Of a stretch of 64,000 nt of DNA, positions 11,601 to 25,800 are shown one piece after another. The DNA is taken from NCBI RefSeq assembly GCF_009914755.1, contig NC_060944.1. One strand, written 5' to 3'. Origin of the DNA: the human T2T-CHM13v2.0 reference genome, Homo sapiens. Made by a program: the position numbers and the translations under genes. The first letter of the stretch is position 1; every line of letters starts with the position of its first letter. Under the pieces are notes generated by a model. It worked only from the letters and a program-made list of their open reading frames with translations. It was not told the DNA's origin and did not search any database.

Positions 11601-14600
11601 GAATGCTTCTGTCTAGATTTTATATGAAGATATTCCCGTTTCCAAAGAAATCCTCAAAGCTATCCAGATATCCACTTGGAGATTCTACAAAAAGAGTGTT
11701 TCAAAACTGCTCTATCAAAAGAAAGGTTCTACTCCGTCAGTTGAGGACACACATCACGAGTAAGTTTCTGACAATGCTTCTGTCTAGTTTTTATGGGAAG
11801 ATATGTCCTTTTTCACCTTAGGCCGGAAAGCGCTCCAAAAGTCCAGTTACAGACACTACAAAAAGAGTGTTTCAAACCTGCTCTGTGAAAGGGAATGTTC
11901 CATTCTGTGACTTGAATGCAAACATCACAAAGAAGTTGCTGAGAATGCTGCTGTCTGCTTTTCATACCTTATCCCGTTTCCAACGAAATCCTCAAATCCA
12001 GCCAAATATCCACTTGCAGACTCCACAAAAAGAGTGTTTCAAAACTGTACTGTCAAAAGAAATGTTCAACTGCGTTAGTTGAGGACACAGATCAGAGACT
12101 AGCTTCTGAGAATGCTTCTGTCCAGTTGTTACGGGAAGATATTTCCTTTTTCAACATAGGCCTGAAACCGCTTCAAATGTCCACTTCCAGGTACTGCAAA
12201 GAGAGTGTTTCCAACCTTCTCTACGAAAGGGCATGTTCTCCTCAGTGACGTCAATGCAAACATCCCAAAGAAGTTTCTGAGAATGCTTCTGTCTGGATTT
12301 TATCTGAAGACAATCCCGTTTCCAACGAAATCCTCAAAGATATGCAAATATGCTCCTGCAGATTCTACAAAAAGAGTGTTTCGAAACTGCTCTAATAAAA
12401 GAAAGGTTCAACACTGTTAGTAGAGGGCACACATCACAAACAAGTTGCTGAGAATGCTTCTGTCTGGTTTTTATGGGAAGATATTTCCTTTTCCAACACA
12501 AGCCTGAATGCGCTCCAAATGGACACTTCCAGATACGACAAAAGGAGTGTTTCAAACCTGTTCTGTGAAAGGGAACGTTCCATTCTGTGACTTGAATGCA
12601 AACATCACCAAGTAGTTTCTCAGAACGCTGCTGTCTGCTTTTTATATGTATTCCCGTTTCCAACGAAATCGTCAAAGCCAGCCAAATATCCACTTGCAGG
12701 TTCCACAAAAAGAGTGTTTCAAAACTGCTCTCTCAAAAGACATGTTCAACTCTGTCAGTTGAGGACACACATCACAAAGAAGTTTCTGAGAATGCTTCTG
12801 TCTAGTTTTTATGGGAAGATATTTCCTTTTTCACCATAGGCCTCAAAGCGCTCCAAATGTCCACTTCCAGAAAATGGAAAATGAGTGTTTCCAACCTGCT
12901 CTATGAAAGCGAATGTTCAACTCCGTGACTTGAATGCAACCATCACAAGGAAGTTTCTGAGAATGCTTCTGTCTAGATTTTATATGAAGATATTCCCGTT
13001 TCCAACGATATCCTCAAAGCTATCCAAATATCCACTTGGAGATTCTACAAAAAGAGTTTTTCAAAACTGCTCTATCAAAAGAAAAGTTCTACTCCGTCAG
13101 TTGAGGACACACATCACGAGTAAGTTTCTGACAATGCTTCTGTCTAGTTTTTATGGGAAGATATGTCCTTTTTCACCTTAGGCCGGAATGTGCTGCAAAA
13201 GTCCAGTTACAGACACTACAAAAAGAATGTTTCAAACCTGCTCTGTGAAAGGGAATGTTCCATTCTGTGACTTGAATGCAAACATCACAAAGAAGTTACT
13301 GAGAATGCTGCTGTCTGCTTTTTATACCTTATCCCGTTTCCAACGAAATCCTCAAATCTAGCCAAATATCCACTTGCAGACTCCACAAAAAGAGTGTTTC
13401 AAAACTGTACTGTCAAAAGAAATGTTCAACTGTGTTAGTTGCGGACACACATCAGAGACTAGCTTCTGAGAATGCTTCTGTCCAGTTGTTACGGGAAGAT
13501 ATTTCCTTTTTCAACATAGGCGTGAAACCGCTTCAAATGTCCACTTCCAGATACTGCAAAGAGAGTGTTTCAAACCTTCTCTACGAAAGGGCATGTTCTC
13601 CTCTGTGACGTCAATGCAAACATCCCAAAGAAGTTTCTGAGAATGCTTCTGTCTGGATTTTATCTGAAGACAATCCCGTTTCCAACGAAATCCTCAAAGA
13701 TATGCAAATATGCTCCTGCAGATTCTACAAAAAGAGTGTTTCAAAACTGCTCTACGAAAAGAAAGATTCGACTCTGTTAGTAGAGGGCACACATCACAAA
13801 CAAGTTGCCGAGAATGCTGCTGTCTGGTTTTTATGGGAAGATATTTCCTTTTCCAACACAAGCCTGAATGCGCTCCAAATGGACACTTCCAGATACAACA
13901 AAAGGAGTGTTTCAAAGCTGTTCTATGAAAGGGAACGTTCCATTCTGTGACTTGAATGCAAACATCACCAAGTAGTTTCTCAGAACGCTGCTGTCTGCTT
14001 TTTATATGTATTCCCGTTTCCAACGAAATCGTCAAAGCCAGCCAAATATCCACTTGCAGGTTCCACAAAAAGAGTGTGTCAAAACTGCTCTCTCAAAAGA
14101 CATGTTCAACTCTGTCAGTTGAGGACACACATCACAAAGAAGTTTGTGAGAATGCTTCTGTCTAGTTTTTATGGGAAGATATTTCCTTTTTCACCATAGG
14201 CCTCAAAGCGCTCCAAATGTCCACTTCCAGGGAATGGAAAAAGAGTGTTTCCAACCTGCTCTATGAAAGCCAATGTTCAACTCCGTGACTTGAATGCAAC
14301 CATCACAAGGAAGTTTCTGAGAATGCTTCTGTCTAGATTTTATATGAAGATATTCCCGTTTCCAACGAAATCCTCAAAGCTATCCAAATATCCACTTGGA
14401 GATTCTACAAAAAGAGTGTTTCAAAACTGCTCTATCAAAAGAAAGGTTCTACTCCGTCAGTTGAGGACACACATCACGAGTAAGTTTCTGACAATGCTTC
14501 TGTCTAGTTTTTATGGGAAGATATGTCCTTTTTCACCTTAGGCCGGAAAGTGCTCCAAAGTCCAGTTACAGACAATACAAAAAGAGTGTTTCAAACCTGC

Positions 14601-17600
14601 TCTGTGAAAGGGAATGTTCAATTCTGTGACTTGAATGCAAACATCACAAAGAAGTTGCTGAGAATGCTGCTGTCTGCTTTTTAAACCTTATCCCGTTTCC
14701 AACGAAATCCTCAAATCTAGCCAAATATCCACTTGCAGACTCCACAAAAACAGTGCTTCAAAACTGTACTGTCAAAAGAAATGTTCAACTCTGTTAGTTG
14801 AGGACACACATCAGAGACTAGCTTCTGAGAATACTTCTGTCCAGTTGTTACGGGAAGATATTTCCTTTTTCAACATAGGCCTGAAACCGCTTCAAATGTC
14901 CACTTCCAGATACTGCAAAGAGAGTGTTTCAAACCTTCTCTATGAAAGGGCATGTTCTCCTCTGTGACGTCAACGCAAACATCCCAAAGAAGTTTCTGAG
15001 AATGCTTCTGTCTGGATTTTATCTGAAGACAATCCCGTTTCCAACGAAATCCTCAAAGATATGCAAATATGCTCCTGCAGATTCTACAAAAAGAGTGTTT
15101 CAAAACTGCTCTATGAAAAGAAAGGTTCGACTCTGTTAGTAGAGAGCACACATCACAAACAAGTTGCCGAGAATGATTCTGTCTGGTTTTTATGGGAAGA
15201 TATTTCCTTTTCCAACACAAGCCTGAATGCGCTTCAAATGGACACTTCCAGATACGACAAAAGGAGTGTTTCAAAGCTGTTCTATGAAAGGGAACGTTCC
15301 ATTCTGTGACTTGAATGCAAACATCACCAAGTAGTTTCTCAGAACGCTGCTGTCTGCTTTTTATATGTATTCCCGTTTCCAACGAAATCGTCAAAGCCAG
15401 CCAAATATCCACTTGCAGGTTCCACAAAAAGAGTGTGTCAAAACTGCTCTCTCAAAAGACATGTTCAACTCTGTCAGTTGAGGACACACATCACAAAGAA
15501 GTTTGTGAGAATGCTTCTGTCTAGTTTTTATGGGAAGATATTTCCTTTTTCACCATAGGCCTCAAAGCGCTCCACATGTCCACTTCCAGGGAATGGAAAA
15601 AGAGTGTTTCCAACCTGCTCTATGAAAGCGAATGTTCAACTCCGTGACTTCAATGCAACCATCACAAGGAAGTTTCTGAGAATGCTTCTGTCTAGATTTT
15701 ATATGAAGATATTCCCGTTTCCAACGAAATCCTCAAAGCTATCCAAATATCCACTTGGAGATTCTACAAAAAGAGTGTTTCAAAACTGCTCTATCAAAAG
15801 AAAGGTTCTACTCCGTCAGTTGAGGACACACATCACGAGTAAGTTTCTGACAATGCTTCTGTCTAGTTTTTATAGGAAGATATGTCCTTTTTCACCTTTG
15901 GCCGGAAAGCGCTCCAATAGTCCAGTTACAGACACTGCAAAAAGAATGTTTCAATCCTGCTCTGTGAAAGGCAATATTCCATTCTGTGACTTGAATGCAA
16001 ACATCACAAAGAAGTTGCTGAGAATGCTGCTGTCTGCTTTTTATACCTTATACCGTTTCCAACGAAATCCTCAAATCTAGCCAAATATCCACTTGCAGAC
16101 TCCACAAAAACAGTGCTTCAAAACTGTACTGTCAAAAGAAATGTTCAACTCTGTTAGTTGAGGACACACATCAGAGACTAGCTTCTGAGAATGCTTCTGT
16201 CCAGTTGTTACGGGAAGATATTTCCTTTTTCAACATAGGCCTGAAACCGCTTCAAATGTCCCCTTCCAGATACTGCAAAGAGAGTGTTTCAAACCTTCTC
16301 TACGAAAGGGCATGTTCTCCTCAGTGACGTCAATGCAAACATCCCAAAGAAGTTTCTGAGAATGCTTCTGTCTGGATTTTATCTGAAGACAATCCCGTTT
16401 CCAACGAAATCCTCAAAGATATGCAAATATGCTCCTGCAGATTCTACAAAAAGAGTGTTTCAAAACTGCTCTATGAAAAGAAAGGTTCAACTCTGTTAGC
16501 AGAGGGCACACATCACAAACAAGTTGCTGAGAATGCTTCTGTCTGGTTTTTATGGGAAGATATTTCCTTTTCCAACACAAGCCTGAATGCGCTCAAAATG
16601 GACACTTCCAGATACGACAAAAGGAGTGTTTCAAACCTCTTCTGTGAAAGGGAACGTTCCATTCTGTGACTTGAATGCAAACATCACCAAGTAGTTTCTC
16701 AGAACGCTGCTGTCTGCTTTTTATATGTATTCCCGTTTCCAACGAAATCGTCAAAGCCAGCCAAATATCCACTTGCAGGTTCCACAAAAAGAGTGTTTCA
16801 AAACTGCTCTCTCAAAAGACATGTTCAACTCTGTCAGTTGAGGACACACATCACAAAGAAGTTTCTGAGAATGCTTCTGTCTAGTTTTTATGGGAAGATA
16901 TTTCCTTTTTCACCATAGGCCTCAAAGCGCTCCAAATGTCCACTTCCAGGAAATGGAAAAAGTGTGTTTCCAACCTGCTCTATGAAAGCGAATGTTCAAC
17001 TCCGTGACTTGAATGCAACCGTCACAAGGAAGTTTCTGAGAATGCTTCTGTCTAGATTTTATATGAAGATATTCCCGTTTCCAAAGAAATCCTCAAAGCT
17101 ATCCATATATCCACTTGGAGATTCTACAAAAAGAGTGTTTCAAAACTGCTCTATCAAAAGAAAGGTTCTACTCCGTCAGTTGAGGACACACATCACGAGT
17201 AAGTTTCTGACAATGCTTCTGTCTAGTTTTTATGGGAAGATATGTCCTTTTTCACCTTAGGCCGGAAAGCGCTCCAATAGTCCAGTTACAGACACTACAA
17301 AAAGAGTGTTTCAAACCTGCTCTGTGAAAGGGAATGTTCCATTCTGTGACTTGAATGCAAACATCACAAAGAAGTTGCTGAGAATGCTGCTGTCTGCTTT
17401 TCATACCTTATCCCGTTTCCAACGAAATCCTCAAATCCAGCCAAATATCCACTTGCAGACTCCACAAAAAGAGTGTTTCTAAACTGTACTGTCAAAAGAA
17501 ATGTTCAACTCTGTTAGTTGAGGACACACATCAGAGACTAGCTTCTGAGAATGCTTCTGTCCAGTTGTTACGGGAAGATATTTCCTTTTTCAACATAGGC

Positions 17601-19260
17601 CTGAAACCGCTTCAAATGTCCACTTCCAGGTACTGCAAAGAGAGTGTTTCAAACCTTCTCTACGAAAGGGCATGTTCTCCTCAGTGACGTCAATGCAAAC
17701 ATCCCAAAGAAGTTTCTGAGAATGCTTCTGTCTGGATTTTATCTGAAGACAATCCCGTTTCCAACGAAATCCTCAAAGATATGCAAATATGCTCCTGCAG
17801 ATTCTATAAAAAGAGTGTTTCGAAACTGCTCTAATAAAAGAAAGGTTCAACACTGTTAGTAGAGGGCACACATCACAAACAAGTTGCTGAGAATGCTTTT
17901 GTCTGGTTTTTATGGGAAGATATTTCCTTTTCCAACACAAGCCTGAATGCGCTCCAAATGGACACTTCCAGATACGACAAAAGGAGTGTTTCAAACCTGT
18001 TCTGTGAAAGGGAACGTTCCATTCTGTGACTTGAATGCAAACATCACCAAGTAGTTTCTCAGAACGCTGCTGTCTGCTTTTTATATGTATTCCCGTTTCC
18101 AACGAATTCGTCAAAGCCAGCCAAATATCCACTTGCAGGTTCCACAAAAAGAGTGTTTCAAAACTGCTCTCTCAAAAGACATGTTCAACTCTGTCAGTTG
18201 AGGACACACATCACAAAGAAGTTTCTGAGAATGCTTCTGTCTAGTTTTTATGGGAAGATATTTCCTTTTTCACCATAGGCCTCAAAGCGCTCCAAATGTC
18301 CACTTCCAGAAAATGGAAAAAGAGTGTTTCCAACCTGCTCTATGAAAGCGAATGTTCAACTCCGTGACTTGAATGCAACCATCACAAGGAAGTTTCTGAG
18401 AATGCTTCTGTCTAGATTTTATATGAAGATATTCCCGTTTCCAACGATATCCTCAAAGCTATCCAAATATCCACTTGAAGATTCTACAAAAAGAGTGTTT
18501 CAAAACTGCTCTATCAAAAGAAAGGTTCTACTCCGTCAGTTGAGGACACACATCACGAGTAAGTTTCTGACAATGCTTCTGTCTAGTTTTTATGGGAAGA
18601 TATGTCCTTTTTCACCTTAGGCCGGAATGTGCTGCAAAAGTCCAGTTACAGACACTACAAAAAGAATGTTTCAAACCTGCTCTGTGAAAGGGAATGTTCC
18701 ATTCTGTGACTTGAATGCAAACATCACAAAGAAGTTACTGAGAATGCTGCTGTCTGCTTTTTATACCTTATCCCGTTTCCAACGAAATCCTCAAATCTAG
18801 CCAAATATCCACTTGCAGACTCCACAAAAAGAGTGTTTCAAAACTGTACTGTCAAAAGAAATGTTCAACTGTGTTAGTTGCGGACACACATCAGAGACTA
18901 GCTTCTGAGGATGCTTCTGTCCAGTTGTTACGGGAAGATATTTCCTTTTTCAACATAGGCCTGAAACCGCTTCAAATGTCCACTTTCAGATACTGCAAAG
19001 AGAGTGTTTCAAACCTTCTCTACGAAAGGGCATGTTCTCCTCTGTGACGTCAATGCAAACATCCCAAAGAAGTTTCTGAGAATGCTTCTGTCTGGATTTT
19101 ATCTGAAGACAATCCCGTTTCCAACGAAATCCTCAAAGATATGCAAATATGCTCCTGCAGATTCTACAAAAAGAGTGTTTCAAAACTGCTCTACGAAAAG
19201 AAAGGTTCGACTCTGTTAGTAGAGGGCACACATCACAAACAAGTTGCCGAGAATGCTGCT
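5660..19260. repeat. 3-HOR super-repeat B (period 4079 bp), ~3 copies, with one extra HOR in the third
   Basis: gtcaaCgcaa / gagAgcac / gaatgAttc at ~6.8-7.0, ~10.9-11.1 and ~15.0-15.2 kb; ttcGaaactgctctaAtaaa at ~8301, ~12380 and ~17820 (spacings 4079 and 5439). Confidence 0.85.
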
Positions 19261-22200
19261 GTCTGGTTTTTATGGGAAGATATTTCCTTTTCCAACACAA
19301 GCCTGAATGCGCTCCAAATGGATACTTCCAGATACGACAAAAGGAGTGTTTCAAACCTGTTCTGGGAAAGGGAACGTTCCATTCTGTGACTTGAATGCAA
19401 ACATCACCAAGTAGTTTCTCAGAACGCTGCTGTCTGCTTTTTATATGTATTCCCGTTTCCAACGAAATCGTCAAAGCCAGCCAAATATCCACTTGCAGGT
19501 TCCACAGAAAGAGTGTTTCAAAACTGCTCTCTCAAAAGACATGTTCAACTCTGTCAGTTGAGGACACACATCACAAAGAAGTTTCTGAGAATGCTTCTGT
19601 CTAGTTTTTATGGGAAGATATTTCCTTTTTCACCATAGGCCTCAAAGCGCTCCAAATGTCCACTTCCAGGGAATGGAAAAAGAGTGTTTCCAACCTGCTC
19701 TATGAAAGCCAATGTTCAACTCCGTGACTTGAATGCAACCATCACAAGGAAGTTTCTGAGAATGCTTCTGTCTAGGTTTTATATGAAGATATTCCCGTTT
19801 CCAACGAAATCCTCAAAGCTATCCAAATATCCACTTGGAGATTCTACAAAAAGAGTGTTTCAAAACTGCTCTATCAAAAGAAAGGTTCTACTCCGTCAGT
19901 TGAGGACACACATCACGAGTAAGTTTCTGACAATGCTTCTGTCTAGTTTTTATGGGAAGATATGTGCTTTTTCACCTTAGGCCGGAAAGCGCTCCAAAAG
20001 TCCAGTTACAGACACTACAAAAAGAGTGTTTCAAACCTGCTCTGTGAAAGGGAATGTTCCATTCTGTGACTTGAATGCAAACATCACAAAGAAGTTGCTG
20101 AGAATGCTGCTGTCTGCTTTTTATACCTTATCCCGTTTCCAACGAAATCCTCAAATCCAGCCAAATATCCACTTGCAGACTCCACAAAAAGAGTGTTTCA
20201 AAACTATACTCTCCAAAGAAATGTTCAACTCTGTTAGTTGAGGACACACATCAGAGACTAGCTTCTGAGAATGCTTCTGTCCAGTTGTTACGGGAAGATA
20301 TTTCCTTTTTCAACATAGGCCTGAAACCGCTTCAAATGTCCACTTCCAGATACTGCAAAGAGAGTGTTTCAAACCTTCTCTACGAAAGGGCATGTTCTCC
20401 TCAGTGACGTCAATGCAAACATCCCAAAGAAGTTTCTGAGAATGCTTCTGTCTGGATTTTATCTGAAGACAATCCCGTTTCCAACGAAATCCTCAAAGAT
20501 ATGCAAATATGCTCCTGCAGATTCTACAAAAAGAGTGTTTCAAAACTGCTCTATGAAAAGAAAGGTTCGACTCTGTTTTTAGAGGCCACACATCACAAAC
20601 AAGTTGCCGAGAATGCTTCTGTCTGGTTTTTATGGGAAGATATTTCCTTTTCCAACACAAGCCTGAATGCGCTCCAAATGGACACTTCCAGATACGACAA
20701 AAGGAGTGTTTCAAACCTGTTCTGGGAAAGGGAACGTTCCATTCTGTGACTTGAATGCAAACATCACCAAGTAGTTTCTCAGAACGCTGCTGTCTGCTTT
20801 TTATATGTATTCCCGTTTCCAACGAAATCGTCAAAGCCAGCCAAATATCCACTTGCAGGTTCCACAGAAAGAGTGTTTCAAAACTGCTCTCTCAAAAGAC
20901 ATGTTCAACTCTGTCAGTTGAGGACACACATCACAAAGAAGTTTCTGAGAATGCTTCTGTCTAATTTTTATGGGAAGATATTTCCTTTTTCACCATAGGC
21001 CTCAAAGCGCTCCAAATGTCCACTTCCAGGGAATGGAAAAAGAGTGTTTCCAACCTGCTCTATGAAAGCCAATGTTCAACTCCGTGACTTGAATGCAACC
21101 ATCACAAGGAAGTTTCTGAGAATGCTTCTGTCTAGGTTTTATATGAAGATATTCCCGTTTCCAACGAAATCCTCAAAGCTATCCAAATATCCACTTGGAG
21201 ATTCTACAAAAAGAGTGTTTCAAAACTGCTCTATCAAAAGAAAGGTTCTACTCCGTCAGTTGAGGACACACATCACGAGTAAGTTTCTGACAATGCTTCT
21301 GTCTAGTTTTTATGGGAACATATGTCCTTTTTCACCTTAGGCCGGAAAACGCTCCAAAAGTCCAGTTACAGACACTACAAAAAGAGTGTTTCAAACCTGC
21401 TCTGTGAAAGGGAATGTTCAATTCTGTGACTTGAATGCAAACATCACAAAGAAATTGCTGAGAATGCTGCTGTCTGCTTTTTATACCTTATCGCGTTTCC
21501 AACGAAATCCTCAAATCCAGCCAAATATCCACTTGCAGACTCCACAAAAAGAGTGTTTCAAAACTATACTCTCCAAAGATATGTTCAACTCTGTTAGTTG
21601 AGGACACACATCAGAGACTAGCTTCTGAAAATGCTTCTGTCCAGTTGTTACGGGAAGATATTTCCTTTTTCAACATAGGCCTGAAACCGCTTCAAATGTC
21701 CACTTCCAGATACTGCAAAGAGAGGGTTTCAAACCTTCTCTACGAAAGGGCATGTTCTCCTCTGTGACGTCAATGCAAGCATCCCAAAGAAGTTTCTGAG
21801 AATGCTTCTGTCTGGATTTTATCTGAAGACAATCCCGTTTCCAACGAAATCCTCAATGATATGCAAATATGCTCCTGCAGATTCTACAAAAAGAGTGTTT
21901 CAAAACTGCTCTATGAATAGAAAGGTTCGACTCTGTTAGTATAGGGCACACATCACAAACAAGTTGCCGAGAATGCTTCTGTCTGGTTTTTATGGGAAGA
22001 TATTTCCTTTTCCAACACAAGCCTGAATGCGCTCCAAATGGACACTTCCAGATACGACAAAAGGAGAGTTTCAAACCTTTTCTGGGAAAGGGAACGTTCC
22101 ATTCTGTGACTTGAATGCAAACATCACCAAGTAGTTTCTCAGAACGTTGCTGTCTGCTTTTTATATGTATTCCCGTTTCCAACGAAATCGTCAAAGCCAG

Positions 22201-22899
22201 CCAAATATCCACTTGCAGTTTCCACAGAAAGAGTGTTTCAAAACTGCCCTCTCAAAAGACATGTTCAACTCTGTCAGTTGAGGACACACATCACAAAGAA
22301 GTTTCTGAGAATGCTTCTGTCTAGTTTTTATGGGAAGATATTTCCTTTTTCACCATAGGCCTCAAAGCGCTCCAAATGTCCACTTCCAGGGAATGGAAAA
22401 AGAGTGTTTCCAACCTGCTCTATGAAAGCCAATGTTCAACTCCGTGACTTGAATGCAACCATCATAAGGAAGTTTCTGAGAATGCTTCTGTCTAGGTTTT
22501 ATATGAAGATATTCCCGTTTCCAACGAAATCCTCAAAGCTATCCAAATATCCACTTGGAGATTCTACAAAAAGAGTGTTTCAAAACTGCTCTATCAAAAG
22601 AAAGGTTCTACTCCGTCAGTTGAGGACACACATCACGAGTAAGTTTCTGACAATGCTTCTGTCTAGTTTTTATGGGAAGATATGTCCTTTTTCACCTTAG
22701 GCCGGAAAGCGCTCCAAAAGTCCAGTTACAGACACTACAAAAAGAGTGTTTCAAACCTGCTCTGTGAAAGGGAATGTTCAATTCTGTGACTTGAATGCAA
22801 ACATCACAAAGAAGTTGCTGAGAATGCTGCTGTCTGCTTTTTATACCTTATCCCGTTTCCAACGAAATCCTCAAATCCAGCCAAATATCCACTTGGAGA

Positions 22900-25800
22900 C
22901 TCCACAAAAAGAGTGTTTCAAAACTGTACTGTCAAAAGAAATGTTCAACTCTGTTAGTTGAGGACACACATGAGAGACTAGCTTCTGAGAATTCTTCTGT
23001 CCAGTTGTTACGGGAAGATATTTCCTTTTTCAACATAGGCCTGAAACCGCTTCAAATGTCCACTTCCAGATACTGCAAAGAGAGTGTTTCAAACCTTCTC
23101 TACGAAAGGGTTTGTTCTCCTCTGTGACGTCAATGCAAACATCCCAAAGAAGTTTCTGAGAATGCTTCTGTCTGGATTTTATCTGAAGACAATCCCGTTT
23201 CCAATGAAATCCTCAAAGATATGCAAATATGCTCCTGCAGATTCTACAAAAAGAGTGTTTCAAAACTGCTCTAGAAAAGAAAGGTTCGACTCTGTTAGTA
23301 GAGGGCACACATCACAAACAAGTTGCCGAGAATGCTTCTGTCTGATTTTTATGGGAAGATATTTCCTTTTCCAACACAAGCCTGAATGCGCTCCAAATGG
23401 ACACTTCCAGATACGACAAAAGGAGTGTTTCAAACCTGTTCTGTGAAAGGGAACGTTCCATTCTGTGACTTGGATGCAAACATCACCAAGTAGTTTCTCA
23501 GAACGCTGCTGTCTGCTTTTTATATGTATTCCCATTTCCAACGAAATCGTCAAAGCCAGCCAAATATCCACTTGCAGCTTCCACAGAAAGAGTGTTTCAA
23601 AACTGCTCTCTCAAAAGACATGTTCAACTCTGTCAGTTGAGGACACACATCACAATGAAGTTTCTGAGAATGCTTCTGTCTAGTTTTTATGGGAAGATAT
23701 TTCCTTTTTCACCATAGGCCTCAAAGTGCTCCAAATGTCCACTTCCAGGGAATGGAAAAAGAGTGTTTCCAACCTACTGTATGAAAGCCAATGTTCAACT
23801 CCGTGACTTGAATGCAACCATCACAAGGAAGTTTCTGAGAATGCTTCTGTCTAGGTTTTATATGAAGATATTCCCGTTTCCAACGAAATCCTCAAAGCTA
23901 TCCAAATATCCACTTGGAGATTCTACAAAAAGAGTGTTTCAAAACTGCTCTATCAAAAGAAAGGTTCTACTCCGTCAGTTGAGGACACACATCACGAGTA
24001 AGTTTCTGACAATGCTTCTGTCTAGTTTTTATGGGAAGATATGTCCTTTTTCACCTTAGGCCGGAAAGCGCTCCAAAGTCCAGTTACAGACACTACAAAA
24101 AGAGTGTTTCAAACCTGCTCTGTGAAAGGGAATGTTCAATTCTGTGACTTGAATGCAAACATCATAACGAAATTGCTGAGAATGCTGCTGTCTGCTTTTT
24201 ATACCTTATCCCGTTTCCAACGAAATCCTGAAATCCAGCCAAATATCCACTTGCAGACTCCACAAAAAGATTGTTTCAAAACTGTACTGTCAAAAGAAAT
24301 GTTCAACTCTGTTAGTTGAGGACACACATCAGAGACTAGCTTCTGAGAATGCTTCTGTCCAGTTGTTACGGGAAGATATTTCCTTTTTGTAAATAGGCCT
24401 GAAACCGCTTCAAATGTCCACTTCCAGATACTGCAAAGAGAGTGTTTGAAACCTTCTCTACGAAAGGGCATGTTCTCCTCTGTGACGTCAATGCAAACAT
24501 CCCAAAGAAGTTTCTGAGAATGCTTCTGTCTGTATTTTATCTGAAGACAATCCCGTTTCCAACGAAATCCTCAAAGATATGCAAATATGCTCCTGCAGAT
24601 TCTACAAAAAGAGTGTTTCAAAACTGCTCTATGAATAGAAAGGTTCGACTCTGTTAGTAGAGGGCACACATCACAAACAAGTTGCCGAGAATGCTTCTGT
24701 CTGGTTTTTATGGGAAGATATTTCCTTTTCCAACACAAGCCTGAATGCGCTCCAAATGGACACTTCCAGATACGACAAAAGGAGTGTTTCAAACCTGTTC
24801 TGTGAAAGGGAACGTTCCATTCTGTGACTTGAATGCAAACATCACCAAGTAGTTTCTCAGAACGCTGCTGTCTGCTTTTTATATGTATTCCCGTTTCCAA
24901 CGAAATCGTCAAAGCCAGCCAAATATCCACTTGCAGGTTCCACAAAAAGAGTGTTTCAAACTGCTCTCTCAAAAGACATGTTCAACTCTGTCAGTTGAGG
25001 ACACACATCAAAAAGATGTTTCTGAGAATGCTTCTGTCTAGTTTTTATGGGAAGATATTTCCTTTTTCACCATAGGCCTCAAAGCGCTCCAAATGTCCAC
25101 TTCCAGGGAATGGAAAAAGAGTGTTTCCAACCTGCTCTATGAAAGCCAATGTTCAACTCCGTGACTTGAATGCAACCATCACAAGGAAGTTTCTGAGAAT
25201 GCTTCTGTCTAGGTTTTATATGAAGATATTCCCGTTTCCAACGAAATCCTCAAAGCTATCCAAATATCCACTTGGAGATTCTACAAAAAGAGTGTTTCAA
25301 AACTGCTCTATCAAAAGAAAGGTTCTACTCCGTCAGTTGAGGACACACATCACGAGTAAGTTTCTGACAATGCTTCTGTCTAGTTTTTATGGGAAGATAT
25401 GTCCTTTTTCACCTTAGGCCGGAAAGCGCTCCAAAAGTCCAGTTACAGACACTACAAAAAGAGTGTTTCAAACCTGCTCTGTGAAAGGGAATGTTCAATT
25501 CTGTGACTTGAATGCAAACATCACAAAGAAGTTGCTGAGAATGCTGCTGTCTGCTTTTTATACCTTATCCCGTTTCCAACGAAATCCTCAAATCCAGCCA
25601 AATATCCACTTGCAGACTCCACAAAAAGAGTGTTTCAAAACTGTACTGTCAAAAGAAATGTTCAACTCTGTTAGTTGAGGACACACATGAGAGACTAGCT
25701 TCTGAGAATTCTTCTGTCCAGTTGTTACGGGAAGATATTTCCTTTTTCAACATAGGCCTGAAACCGCTTCAAATGTCCACTTCCAGATACTGCAAAGAGA

